From Candidatus Bathyarchaeota archaeon (GTDB lineage Archaea > Thermoproteota > Bathyarchaeia > Bathyarchaeales > Bathycorpusculaceae): 64,000 nt of DNA. The notes beneath the pieces were generated by a model. It saw nothing but the letters and a program-made list of their open reading frames with translations, made no database searches and was not told where the DNA came from. Shown here in pieces: positions 17,448-26,593 of the stretch (positions within the stretch are counted from its first letter, which is position 1; every line of letters starts with the position of its first letter). The stretch lies in the NCBI GenBank assembly GCA_026014725.1, contig JAOZHV010000044.1:28272-92271 (forward strand). The letters are read 5' to 3'. Made by a program: the position numbers and the translations under genes.

Positions 17448-20162
17448 CTATGGTCGTTTTCTAAGAGCCAGCAGAATCAATGCGCCGATGACTATTATCA
17501 CAACTATTATTGCGATTCCCATACCAAGCACGTACATTTGAGTAGGTTCCAAACTAATCTCTGGAGGTGGCGACGCTGTTGGTGCAACAGTGGCTGCGTG
17601 GAAGTGTGCTTCAGCGCTTGATGGGTAGTATGATTCTGAACCTGCAAAAGTAGTGATTACAGTGAAGTCTCCAGGTATGTCAGGCGTCCATGTGAAAGCA
17701 AAGGTGCCGCTGCCGTCGCTTATTATTGTGCCGATGTTTCGGTAGTTGCCGTTGGAGTCTATGACGTCAATTGTGATTGGAACACCAGTAACGTTTGCTG
17801 GGCAAGGCTTCTGCATATAGACGTATTCCATCCAACCGTTCATGCTTGCATCAGATACGCATGGCAGACCATTGGGGAAGTTTGACAATACCGCATCTTG
17901 CTGAGAACCAGCGGAAATGTCAGTTATAGTACCGCTGATGGTTATTGGAGTTGCGGTTGTCACGCCAACGCTAGGTGCATTGACATTTAATTTACTTGGT
18001 CCCTTGCCGATAACATAGATTTGGTTGTCGTAATAGTTGTAGTATGCCAAATAGCCTTCAGCCTGAATCATAGTCGACGTGCCTGGGCCTCCGCTTTGAC
18101 CAGCCCACCCCAGTAGAGTCCAGATCTCCTCGCCTGTAGTTGCGTTAATACAGTAAACTTTTTCGCCCTTATAGAGTGGATAGTTAGGTGAGTGCTCGTT
18201 ATTGAAAGCATAGACTTTCCCGTCTGAAATGGCACCGATAAAGATTGGATAATAGCCCCATGCTGTTTCAATACCGCTATACGTGTTGTTGTATAACCAC
18301 AGGATTTTTCCAGTCTTTCCATCATAACAAACTATTTCTCCGCCATAGCCTTGGGTGTAAAGATTGCCATACGCTGGCCAGCCTATTGGGCCAGCTCCTA
18401 AGCCACTGCCAAAGTATGAATATGCACGCTTGTTTCCCGTTAATGGTCCCCACAGTAGATTGCCGTTGTCCAAGTTGTATCCTAACCATGACATTGTCTC
18501 CATGTCTCTCATAAAGAAGACACGATTCACAGTATCTATCGGTGCTAATGAAAACGACCTAGTAACGTCGCCTGTTGGAGCTGTGTAATTTTTAATCCAC
18601 AATAGTTGCCCTCTAGATTCGGGCTTGTCGCTTATCGCCCATATAGTATAGGGATCTGGTGTGCCAGCGCCATATGCAATAAAAGCGTTAAATGTAGAAC
18701 TTGTTCCCAGTATGATATCACCTGGAATTGCACCAACTATGATAGGTGCTGAGAGCCCTGATAAATCAGCTGTTATTGTTACGTTCCATGAATATGCATT
18801 GCTCATGTTAACTGATTTTCCGTTAGGTCTCCATTGAAAAGCGTTTGTTCCTGTTCCTCCTCCTGGGTCAACCAGCTCTAATCCGACGTTTTGGCGTGTG
18901 TTGTTCCATAAAGCAAGCCACCCTGAACGCGCGGTTCTATTATAGTTTAGTACATAACGTATGTATTCGCCCTTCGGAGTGTAATATAGTACACTTTGTT
19001 CCTGGTCGCCAGTCCGACCTGTAAAGATGGGTGCGTTGGTTTCATTAAATAGCCATTTTCCAGTGAATGCATCGTAGGCACTCCAAATGCGCACTCCTGC
19101 TTCGGTGGAAAGTGCCCAAAGTATGCCGCCGACGACGCCGTGTTGGTTTTGTGATTCATAATCAAAGAGCTGCCCAAATGCGGGCACAAGAATTGTGTTT
19201 GGCGCACCAGTCGAAGTATTTCCAGTAGTGTATGCGATGTCGTCCCTATGCCACATCACTTTGCCCGTTCTCAAGTCTAAACAAGTGTATCCGCCGCCAG
19301 TGTTTGAGTGACCTAGAGGTTCAGCATAGTATAGCCTTCCAAACATTATCATTGCGTTGGTGAATCTGCCCTCATACGAACCGCCTGAATAAAAGCCTAC
19401 GTCTGGACCTATGCCTGGAATGTCGCCGGTTCCTCCAACAATTCCTCCAGTCTCTATTGGACGTGTCCACATTATGTGCGGACTATTGGGGGCTGTGCCG
19501 TATTTCTGCCAAAGATTCGCGTACCCGCCGATATGGCTTCCTCCTAGCCAGTTGGATGCGATAGTTGCCCAAGCACTGTTTTGTCCTTCAATTGGTCGTG
19601 TCCAGTACTCCGTTGGAAGCGGTGTGTCAGGAATTTTCGGTATCTGTTCTTCCTGTACTGTGAGGTATTCTGTTGCGGTGCTGCCTAGAAATGTATCGTT
19701 TACCCACTGGTCTCCGCCTCTTGCCAACAAGTCAGGCAGGTTGGCGGGCAATCCAGTAGGACCAGTAAGAGACATCACTTGTCCAGGGTAATTAAGGAAG
19801 AATCTGTATTCGCCTACTTGGTTAGGCGTGTAGGTAGTATAAGCTACTCCTGTTGGGTCAGAATAAAATGGTCCAAGCGTTTCATTGGCGTCGTCAGGCT
19901 TGGTGATCGTGATTGTCATGTCGCGCCATCGGTCACCTCCGAGACCTGTTGCTGTGGGAGGATTGGGTGAAACCCAAAACACTACGATTACTTGTTGCCC
20001 TACGCCAACAGGGTTGGGTGATAGCGCAATATATGCATAAGTGTGTACAGTCCGCGGAGGAGTATGCGCATTAGCAGGAATCAGCATGATTGAAGCTGCC
20101 ATCGAAAGCATGAGCAGAATAATAGTTGCGATTGCTACGCTCTTATTTCTAGTTATAAGCAT
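17448..20162 (-). CDS. secreted/anchored PQQ-like beta-propeller repeat surface protein (paralogue of 3182-5728)
   Basis: ATG at 20160-20162 preceded by GGGAG. Signal/TM SVAIATIILLMLSMAASIMLIPANA. Shared motifs with the 3182 gene: PLPTEYWTRPI, CLDLRTGKVMW, CINATTGEEIWT, YVIGKGPS and ESYYPSSAEAHF. C-terminal TM plus a RKRP tail. Confidence 0.85.
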   Translation of the reverse strand: MLITRNKSVAIATIILLMLSMAASIMLIPANAHTPPRTVHTYAYIALSPNPVGVGQQVIVVFWVSPNPPTATGLGGDRWRDMTITITKPDDANETLGPFYSDPTGVAYTTYTPNQVGEYRFFLNYPGQVMSLTGPTGLPANLPDLLARGGDQWVNDTFLGSTATEYLTVQEEQIPKIPDTPLPTEYWTRPIEGQNSAWATIASNWLGGSHIGGYANLWQKYGTAPNSPHIMWTRPIETGGIVGGTGDIPGIGPDVGFYSGGSYEGRFTNAMIMFGRLYYAEPLGHSNTGGGYTCLDLRTGKVMWHRDDIAYTTGNTSTGAPNTILVPAFGQLFDYESQNQHGVVGGILWALSTEAGVRIWSAYDAFTGKWLFNETNAPIFTGRTGDQEQSVLYYTPKGEYIRYVLNYNRTARSGWLALWNNTRQNVGLELVDPGGGTGTNAFQWRPNGKSVNMSNAYSWNVTITADLSGLSAPIIVGAIPGDIILGTSSTFNAFIAYGAGTPDPYTIWAISDKPESRGQLLWIKNYTAPTGDVTRSFSLAPIDTVNRVFFMRDMETMSWLGYNLDNGNLLWGPLTGNKRAYSYFGSGLGAGPIGWPAYGNLYTQGYGGEIVCYDGKTGKILWLYNNTYSGIETAWGYYPIFIGAISDGKVYAFNNEHSPNYPLYKGEKVYCINATTGEEIWTLLGWAGQSGGPGTSTMIQAEGYLAYYNYYDNQIYVIGKGPSKLNVNAPSVGVTTATPITISGTITDISAGSQQDAVLSNFPNGLPCVSDASMNGWMEYVYMQKPCPANVTGVPITIDVIDSNGNYRNIGTIISDGSGTFAFTWTPDIPGDFTVITTFAGSESYYPSSAEAHFHAATVAPTASPPPEISLEPTQMYVLGMGIAIIVVIIVIGALILLALRKRP

Positions 20163-20466
20163 TTTCTTTTCTCCCAAATTATAAAGGCTCAAAGAGTAAA
20201 ATATCAAAAGAATAATACTCTAAAAACCCATTTTTAATTGGGTCGGTTTCACTATAAATAACTTTTGGTAGCGGTAAGCTCAACAAGAAATATGGTGCTA
20301 ACGCACTATTTTTTCGTTCTTTTGTTTAACACATTATTTCAGTTAGAATTGAAATGTTGGCTGAATTCAGGAAACTTCCATATCCTTCTGTTAGCTTGTG
20401 CAATATGATGATTTGGCACGGATTAAAAAGGTTAAGATAGCTCGTGCAACGGATATATCCCTTCGC

Positions 20467-20584
20467 TGGAACACGCACGCATGCGTCGGTTTTTCCGTAG
20501 GGAAGCTAAACATCAACCGTGCTAAGTCACGTTGCAGTTTAGATGTACTCGGTGCAAGAAACTGTTAAGCCTTATCAAACAAAT
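20467..20584. repeat. right, decayed copy of the ~118-nt direct repeat
   Basis: Same sequence as 17201-17319, but the copied start codon is destroyed (catg to cgtg on the plus strand) and TGG has become TAG in the copied reading frame. Confidence 0.9.
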
Positions 20585-21061
20585 ATCGAATTGATTGTAA
20601 TTTTAGCTTTAAGCGCTTTGATGATTTACGCAACCAGCCGATAACCCAAACGCCTACAACTTGCTAGGTCTTTTCGGTTTACGTCTACAAACCAACTGTT
20701 GCGCGCTCAACACGGGAATGGCCTGAATTGAACTTTGCGAATTAGAACTTGTTTTTTCAGGCAGCACGTAAATCCAAACTCGCCTTGCTTCATTTTTCTC
20801 CACTAAAGCACTAATTTCAGTCACGGCTAAGCCTCACAGCACATGTATTTGCTGTTCACGGAATAACACTTCCTAACATTCACATATACACAAAAATGAC
20901 ATGCGACCGCAAAAAAGCACGTGCCCGTAACCAAGAAACCATCAAAAACAACAAATCCCAAAACAAAACATGGCAAAAACAAATCAATAAACCCAAACTG
21001 CCGAACATATATATGTCGATAATAAAAAAACTTATTAATAATTTACAAACGTAACAAAACC

Positions 21062-21271
21062 ATGCGTAAAAAACCCAAAAAAATCCCCACTCTCTTTATG
21101 TTGCCGCTTGCAGCGGCGCTATTCCTGATTGGCTGGATAATGTCCTATACAGGCGCAAACAAAGCGGAACGCAAAACAAAGCAAATTCAGGTGCAAAACA
21201 ATAAACTTTACATCGGTGTTCTCCTCCCCGAGCAGCAAGAATTAAGACAAGCTGCAAAAGCGGGCTCCTAA
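21062..21271 (+). CDS. hypothetical small membrane protein
   Basis: 69 aa. A basic N-terminus followed by one hydrophobic helix. No other support. Confidence 0.25.
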   Translation: MRKKPKKIPTLFMLPLAAALFLIGWIMSYTGANKAERKTKQIQVQNNKLYIGVLLPEQQELRQAAKAGS

Positions 21272-21353
21272 AAAACAAAACTAATGCTCAAGCAGGCTGC
21301 GTAGCAACAAAAACTAGAATTAAAAATCAAAAAATAGAAATCGGTATACGAGA

Positions 21354-21710
21354 TTAAGCCGAGTAAACAAACGGCTTGCTTCTTGGGGCAAAATTACAAT
21401 TAAATTTCACGCAACTTTTGCTCTTTTCGCTGAGCATGCCGAGTACTTGCTGTTGCATTTCCATGAATTCTAATCCTTTCTCCGTGGGTTTATACACCAT
21501 GCGTCCCTCTTCTGATGTAACCTCAATTAGGTCGTGATTCAGCAAAAACTCTAAGTATTCGTTTAGCTGGCTGAAGCTAAGGTTAGCCCTGAACATTATG
21601 TGAGTTTTGGAAACGCCTTTCTTGGCAATACCGATTATGTCCATCATTATGACGAGTTTGTCTCGACGTTTTACTTTGTTATCCATCAATTCTAGAGTCA
21701 TTTTAACCAT
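21354..21710 (-). CDS. winged-helix DNA-binding protein (archaeal HTH_45-like)
   Basis: 118 aa. RRDKLVIMMDIIGIAKKGVSKTHIMFRANLSFSQLNEYLEFLLNHDLIE fits the wHTH pattern. Divergent from the pilin-like gene. Confidence 0.6.
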   Translation of the reverse strand: MVKMTLELMDNKVKRRDKLVIMMDIIGIAKKGVSKTHIMFRANLSFSQLNEYLEFLLNHDLIEVTSEEGRMVYKPTEKGLEFMEMQQQVLGMLSEKSKSCVKFNCNFAPRSKPFVYSA

Positions 21711-21961
21711 CTTTTCTAGAGTTAAGTTCTATTATTAAACCCTGCCTCACCTGTTATAAGTCATGCTTCACACATCTTAATATATCGCGAATCGATACAA
21801 GCGCCAACCAAATGCCCAGAAAATAGCGTGAAAAACCAAAAGAACCGTAAAAATGGCTCAGAGTCTCCTGTGCATGCAAGGATATAACTTCTATATACTC
21901 TTAAATACCCCCGCCCAAACAATTACAAATCGAGAAAGGAGAGAACGCTAACTTCTAGCGC

Positions 21962-24556
21962 ATGCTCCAAAACAAACAAGGAAAGGAAGAAAAATTGAGA
22001 AAAATAACTAAAATCAGACGCTCCATTAGAGCAGTCTCACCAGTAATTTCCGTACTACTTATGATTGCAATAGCTGTCATAGCCTCACTCATAGCATACG
22101 CGTGGGTTATGGGCTACATTGGCGGCAGAACCGACCAAGCAGGCAACCAAATCCAAATACAAAGTTACAAAGCAGGAACCAACCTGATCTACGTGCAAAA
22201 CACGGGCCAAGGAACAGTCCATCTCAATCCAACCAGTAGCGTATACATCAACGACGTTTTGAAAAACATAGAAAAGGTTGACGGCGAAGACGTTGATCAA
22301 GTTAAGAACTCTAAAGGATACATTCCAATAAACAAGGGACAAACTAGAGAACTCCAAATAAATTACAATATACTGCCAGGTGACAAAATCAAAATAGTGA
22401 CAGTCGAAGGCACATGGATGGAAGTCACAGGCACAAACCAACCAGGCACATCACAAACAAATCCGACACCAACAGCCTCGCCAAGTCCGTCACCATCAGC
22501 ATCACCTAGTCCAAGTCCTTCACCGAGTCCAAGCCCAAGTCCATCACCTAGTCCAAGTCCTTCACCTTCACCGACCCCCACACCGGAATATCCATTAACA
22601 ATAATCATAGACCCTGTCGACAGTGGAACCGTGACCAAGAATCCAAATCAAGCAACATACCTCCTTGGCGCTAATGTCCAGTTAACAGCTAATGCAGCTG
22701 AAGGCTGGACTTTTGACCACTGGAGCGGTGATGCTTCTGGTTCAGCAATCACAACAACAATAACCATTGATGCCAACCCAGTCGTTACTGCAACCTTTGT
22801 AAGACAAGAATACCAAGTGACTTTCGGTAGTAGTGGTCTTGGAGGCGATGCCACTGGCAACCTTGTCTCTTACTCAGTCTCTGGTGGTGGCCCATCTGGC
22901 ACATTTGGTGTTGCAGGCGGGTCTATCACGGTCTACAGTGGTGAAACCGTTTCCTACACCTTTGTTGATCCAGTAACAAGCAGTGCAGGCGGCAAACGAT
23001 ACTCAATAAATGGTCCAGTTTCAGGCGCAGTGACTGTAACTTCAACAACTACAATAACACGTAGTTACCAGACTCAATACTATTTGACTGTAACTTCAGC
23101 TCACGGCACAGTAGGCGGTCAAGGCTGGTATAACAGTGGAACAACCGCTTACGCAACGCTAAATACTGGAACAGTTTCAGGCGGCACAGGAGTCCAATAC
23201 GTATTCACTAACTGGGGAACTGACGCTTCAGGCACAAACTACGCCCAAAGCAACGGCATAGCTATGGATGGTCCAAAGACTGCATCTGCAAACTGGAAGA
23301 CGCAGTGTTACTTGACTGTTACTTCAGCCCATGGTACACCCAGCGGTCAAGGCTGGTATGATAGTGGTGCTACAGCTTATGCATCGCTAGATTCGGGAAC
23401 CGTTTCAGGCGGTACTGGGGTTCAGTATGTGTTCACTAGTTGGGGTACTGACGCTTCGGGCACAAATTATGCTCAAAGCAGCGGTATAACTATGGATGGT
23501 CCAAAGACTGCATTTGCAAACTGGAAGACCCAATACTACATAGCATTCTCTGTTACGGGAAGTGGAACAACTAATGCCACAGGCTGGTACGACGAAGGCG
23601 ACAACAGAGTGGTCGCAACCGCTAACTCAGGGTACAGTTTCTCATCATGGACATTCAACGGAGCAATCCAAATAACCCCATCGACAGCGTCACCAGCAAC
23701 AGCGACAATCAACGGCCCAGGAACAATAACAGCAAACTTCATTCAATCAACAGGCAACAAACTGGTGTTTATTAATGGCACAAGCCAAACTCTAGTGGTC
23801 TATGAGCCATCAGGAAGAATAAGAATTCAACGCCAAAACTCAGCAGGCACCCCAATAACAAGTGGTACTACCTATGTTTACTTAGCTACATCTTCCAGCG
23901 GTGGAAAGTTCTATTCCAACGCAGCATGCACAAACCAAATAACTTCGTGGATAGCAATAAGCTATCCTAACAGCTACATAGATGTCTACTACAGAGACTC
24001 AAACACAGGAACACCGACCATAACAGCCACAGCAACAAACTATCGGTCAGTAAGCACAACATTCACAATTAATCCAGCAACACCTGAAGTTAAACTCACC
24101 ACAGGTTTCGACGGTACACCATGGGATTCCGAATGGAGATCTTGGCCTAATCCACCGTGGAATTACAACACTGAACAATACTATAGTTCACCAAACTCAG
24201 CATCATCTGTAAGCAGTAACCAAGGAGCATTCTCAAGCAACAAGGTAGACGCAACAGGCGCAGCATACATAACAGTGTCCTTCTACTTCAGAATAACTGG
24301 CACAAATCCAACAAACTTCCAAATACGCTGGGGCGCAACACAAACAGACGACTACAACAGTATAACTTGGAATAATCTAGGCGTAAACCTAGGTGATCGC
24401 AATGTCTACGCGGCTAACACATGGCACTACTTCTCAATAAACATCACGGACACATCAGCTTTCACTAGCTACTTCAGATTCCAATTCTTAAGCCAAAGTT
24501 TGCCATCAAATGCGCAAGTCTGGGTTGACAACGTACAAATCATAGTCAACAAGTAA
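21962..24556 (+). CDS. very large archaeal type IV pilin-like protein (class III signal peptide) with a Ser-Pro linker and repeated beta-rich domains
   Basis: N-terminus [33 protein letters not shown] is the archaeal pilin/flagellin-type class III signal. It is followed by a (SP)n linker and repeated W-x-G-D-A-S-G modules ([38 protein letters not shown]). Confidence 0.8.
   Translation: [864 protein letters not shown]
22475..22585 (+). repeat. coding Ser-Pro/Thr-Pro low-complexity tract
   Basis: Translates to [35 protein letters not shown]. Confidence 0.9.
23072..23527 (+). repeat. two tandem 228-nt (76-aa) coding repeats inside the pilin-like gene
   Basis: [23 protein letters not shown]...ANWK is followed by [23 protein letters not shown]...ANWK. 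The period of 228 nt was measured from the codons at 23072, 23300 and 23528. Confidence 0.9.
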
Positions 24557-24563
24557 ACCACAC

Positions 24564-24582
24564 TCTTTTTTTATTTTTCTTG
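24564..24582 (+). terminator. T-tract terminator candidate downstream of the pilin-like gene
   Basis: T7 (24566-24572) and T5 (24574-24578) runs about 10 nt after the stop codon. Confidence 0.4.
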
Positions 24583-24639
24583 TTTCGCAAAATTAAATAG
24601 TCAAAGAATCAATCTCAATATAGTACGAGGAGTAGCTAA

Positions 24640-25356
24640 ATGAACAGTAAAATAACAATGGCAGTCCTCATTTTGGCAATCTTGATGAGTGTACCAACAA
24701 TTACAGCTCAAAATGCACTTCCTGGGGTAATTGAAGGAGACATATTTGAATACGACTATCATGCGACTTGGAACTCAACTGATCCAAATGCTCAACCAAC
24801 AGCCAACGTCGCTAAAAAAATGCAGATTCAAAGTTTTCAAATTCAAATAATGAACGTTACGGGAACGATAATTGATGGTCAAATAACAATTAGATACAAA
24901 AATGAAACAACAAAAACAGAAACAGGTTACCTTGACATTCAAACGGGTTCAATTCACATGTCCTTCGGGACTCTTATAATCCCAGCGAATCTGACTGTGA
25001 ATGAGCCAATCTATCCTACCTGGGATCAAGATACCATAAACGAGACGGTTACGAGAACTTATCAAACTGGTAACAGGGAAACAAACAAACGTTTAGTTGA
25101 AGTAACATCTGAGTATAGCTGCGAAAAAACTGAAGTTTACTATGACAAAATCAAAGGCATAGTGGTAGACTCATACTATGAAAGCAGGGACATGTATGGG
25201 GGGTACACGGAAATCTTTACAGAAACCATCACAAACACGAACTCGGATGTTTGGACTATTCCTGAATTGTCAACGCTTCTAATTCCGCTGTCTCTGTTTG
25301 TGGCTACTGCCGCGTTGTTGGTTGCTAAGGCTGCAAAGAAGCGCCGTAACCTCTAA
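24640..25356 (+). CDS. secreted, C-terminally anchored protein with many N-x-S/T sequons, function unknown
   Basis: Signal peptide MAVLILAILMSVPTITAQNA. Sequons NST, NVT, NET, NLT. C-terminal TM LLIPLSLFVATAALLVAKAAKKRRNL. Confidence 0.65.
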   Translation: MNSKITMAVLILAILMSVPTITAQNALPGVIEGDIFEYDYHATWNSTDPNAQPTANVAKKMQIQSFQIQIMNVTGTIIDGQITIRYKNETTKTETGYLDIQTGSIHMSFGTLIIPANLTVNEPIYPTWDQDTINETVTRTYQTGNRETNKRLVEVTSEYSCEKTEVYYDKIKGIVVDSYYESRDMYGGYTEIFTETITNTNSDVWTIPELSTLLIPLSLFVATAALLVAKAAKKRRNL

Positions 25357-25428
25357 CTTTTCTGTTAATTAGGTAGCTTTTTTGTTTAATTTTTCTTAGT
25401 TGTGCCTAAAACGATGGGAAACGCCCAG

Positions 25429-25481
25429 CATATTTGGATGCTATTAGGATATCTATGCAGAAACCTATAGGGGATTAGGTT
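25429..25481 (+). repeat. dispersed intergenic repeat, family B copy
   Basis: catatttggatgctattaggatatctatgcagaaacctataggggattaggtt matches the copies at 31330, 31392, 32458, 32540 and 32622. Confidence 0.75.
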
Positions 25482-25552
25482 GCCTCGAACCTGTTTGTTC
25501 ATAAACGATTATCTCTGTGCGACCCCGACACGCAAAAACCAAACCTCAAAAA

Positions 25553-25801
25553 TTAAGTGCTGATGAGTTTACGTATTTCAGCTATCCGTCTTGGGTTGAG
25601 GGAAACTTCTAAACCGTAACTTGTTATTTTGGGCAGGACATAGCCCTTGCGGATAAGTTTGTCTAGCGCCTTTTTTACGTCTCCCCGCAGATGCTTAGGA
25701 AAGCCTTTGGGGATGTTGTCCTCGCTTGTATGCTTTTCCCCAATAAGATTATGCTCGTACATCTTTTGAAGAATAGCGATTTCAAGCCTTGTAGCATTCA
25801 C
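25553..25801 (-). CDS. small putative DNA-binding (wHTH-like) protein
   Basis: 82 aa. The basic helix-rich pattern (DVKKALDKLIRKGYVLPKITSYGLEVSLNP) resembles a winged-helix recognition helix plus wing. Confidence 0.4.
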   Translation of the reverse strand: MNATRLEIAILQKMYEHNLIGEKHTSEDNIPKGFPKHLRGDVKKALDKLIRKGYVLPKITSYGLEVSLNPRRIAEIRKLIST

Positions 25802-25921
25802 AAGTCAACCCCTCTATGACTTCTTTGGCAACTTGGTTAGTGCTCACATGCTATTAAGGCATTATGACTAAGAAGTCATCACCTATTGACAAAGAAACAT
25901 TAATAAGCAATTTAAACAATA

Positions 25922-26311
25922 ATGATAAACATGCCAAAAAAACTTGCAGAACAAAACCCTGCCCCACTAGAAAGACTATTCAACTCATCAACCGCACGCA
26001 TACTAGACTTCTTCACACTATACACAGAATGGGATTACTCAAAAACAGACATAGCCCAAAACGCAGAAGTCAGCATACGCACAATCATAAGAGCAATCCC
26101 CTACCTAGAAAAACACCAACTAATCAAGCGCACCCGAACTGTGGGCAAAGCAGAAATGTACCAAACCAACAAAGACAGCCCAATAATCCAGCACCTGCAA
26201 AAAATCAAAAGACTAATCGCGGACATAGACATCGACAAAGAACTAGAAAAACAAGGCTACACTGCAAACCAAAAAACAACCATCAAGCAAACCCAGCCAA
26301 TATCCGCCTAA
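25922..26311 (+). CDS. winged-helix transcriptional regulator
   Basis: 129 aa. ARILDFFTLYTEWDYSKTDIAQNAEVSIRTIIRAIPYLEKHQLIKRTRTVGKAEMYQTN is a classical wHTH layout. The overlapping 25864-26337 ORF is a low-complexity alternate frame. Confidence 0.6.
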   Translation: MINMPKKLAEQNPAPLERLFNSSTARILDFFTLYTEWDYSKTDIAQNAEVSIRTIIRAIPYLEKHQLIKRTRTVGKAEMYQTNKDSPIIQHLQKIKRLIADIDIDKELEKQGYTANQKTTIKQTQPISA

Positions 26312-26461
26312 CAACCGGTGCATTTTATAGGCCATAACGGCAACAAGTAAACAAACCTCAATCGTATAACAAGAAAATAAAAGGCGCAAAACCATGAAAA
26401 ACCTCTTGAAACAGAAAACGAAAAACGCAAACAAGAGGAGAACCCAAATTTAAATTTTCAT

Positions 26462-26492
26462 ATTCAGTCAGTGAATTATTCAGTAAGTGAAT
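26462..26492. promoter_or_regulatory. tandem 15-mer palindrome-containing sites (candidate operator) just downstream of a TATA-like AAATTTAAATTTT box
   Basis: ATTCAGTCAGTGAAT (26462-26476), a single T, then ATTCAGTAAGTGAAT (26478-26492). Each has ATTCA/TGAAT inverted arms. The TATA-like box is at 26446-26458. Confidence 0.4.
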
Positions 26493-26593
26493 CTAAACGC
26501 GATTCATCATTCAAACGACAAGAACACTTTGCTTTTGAAATACGATATTGACGATTTTTAGGACAAATTTATTACAAAAACGTCATCGACGAC

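Noticed and set aside
20406-20470. ATGATGA box suggesting a C/D-box sRNA. A second TTGATGA is at about 20629.
   Set aside because: No CUGA D or D' boxes at the required spacing (about 12 nt guides), and no terminal stem.
25864-26337. 157-aa ORF extremely rich in K/R/T/N/P/H, overlapping the wHTH gene.
   Set aside because: It is an alternate frame of an A/C-rich region with non-protein-like composition. The 25922-26311 frame gives a clean wHTH fold pattern.
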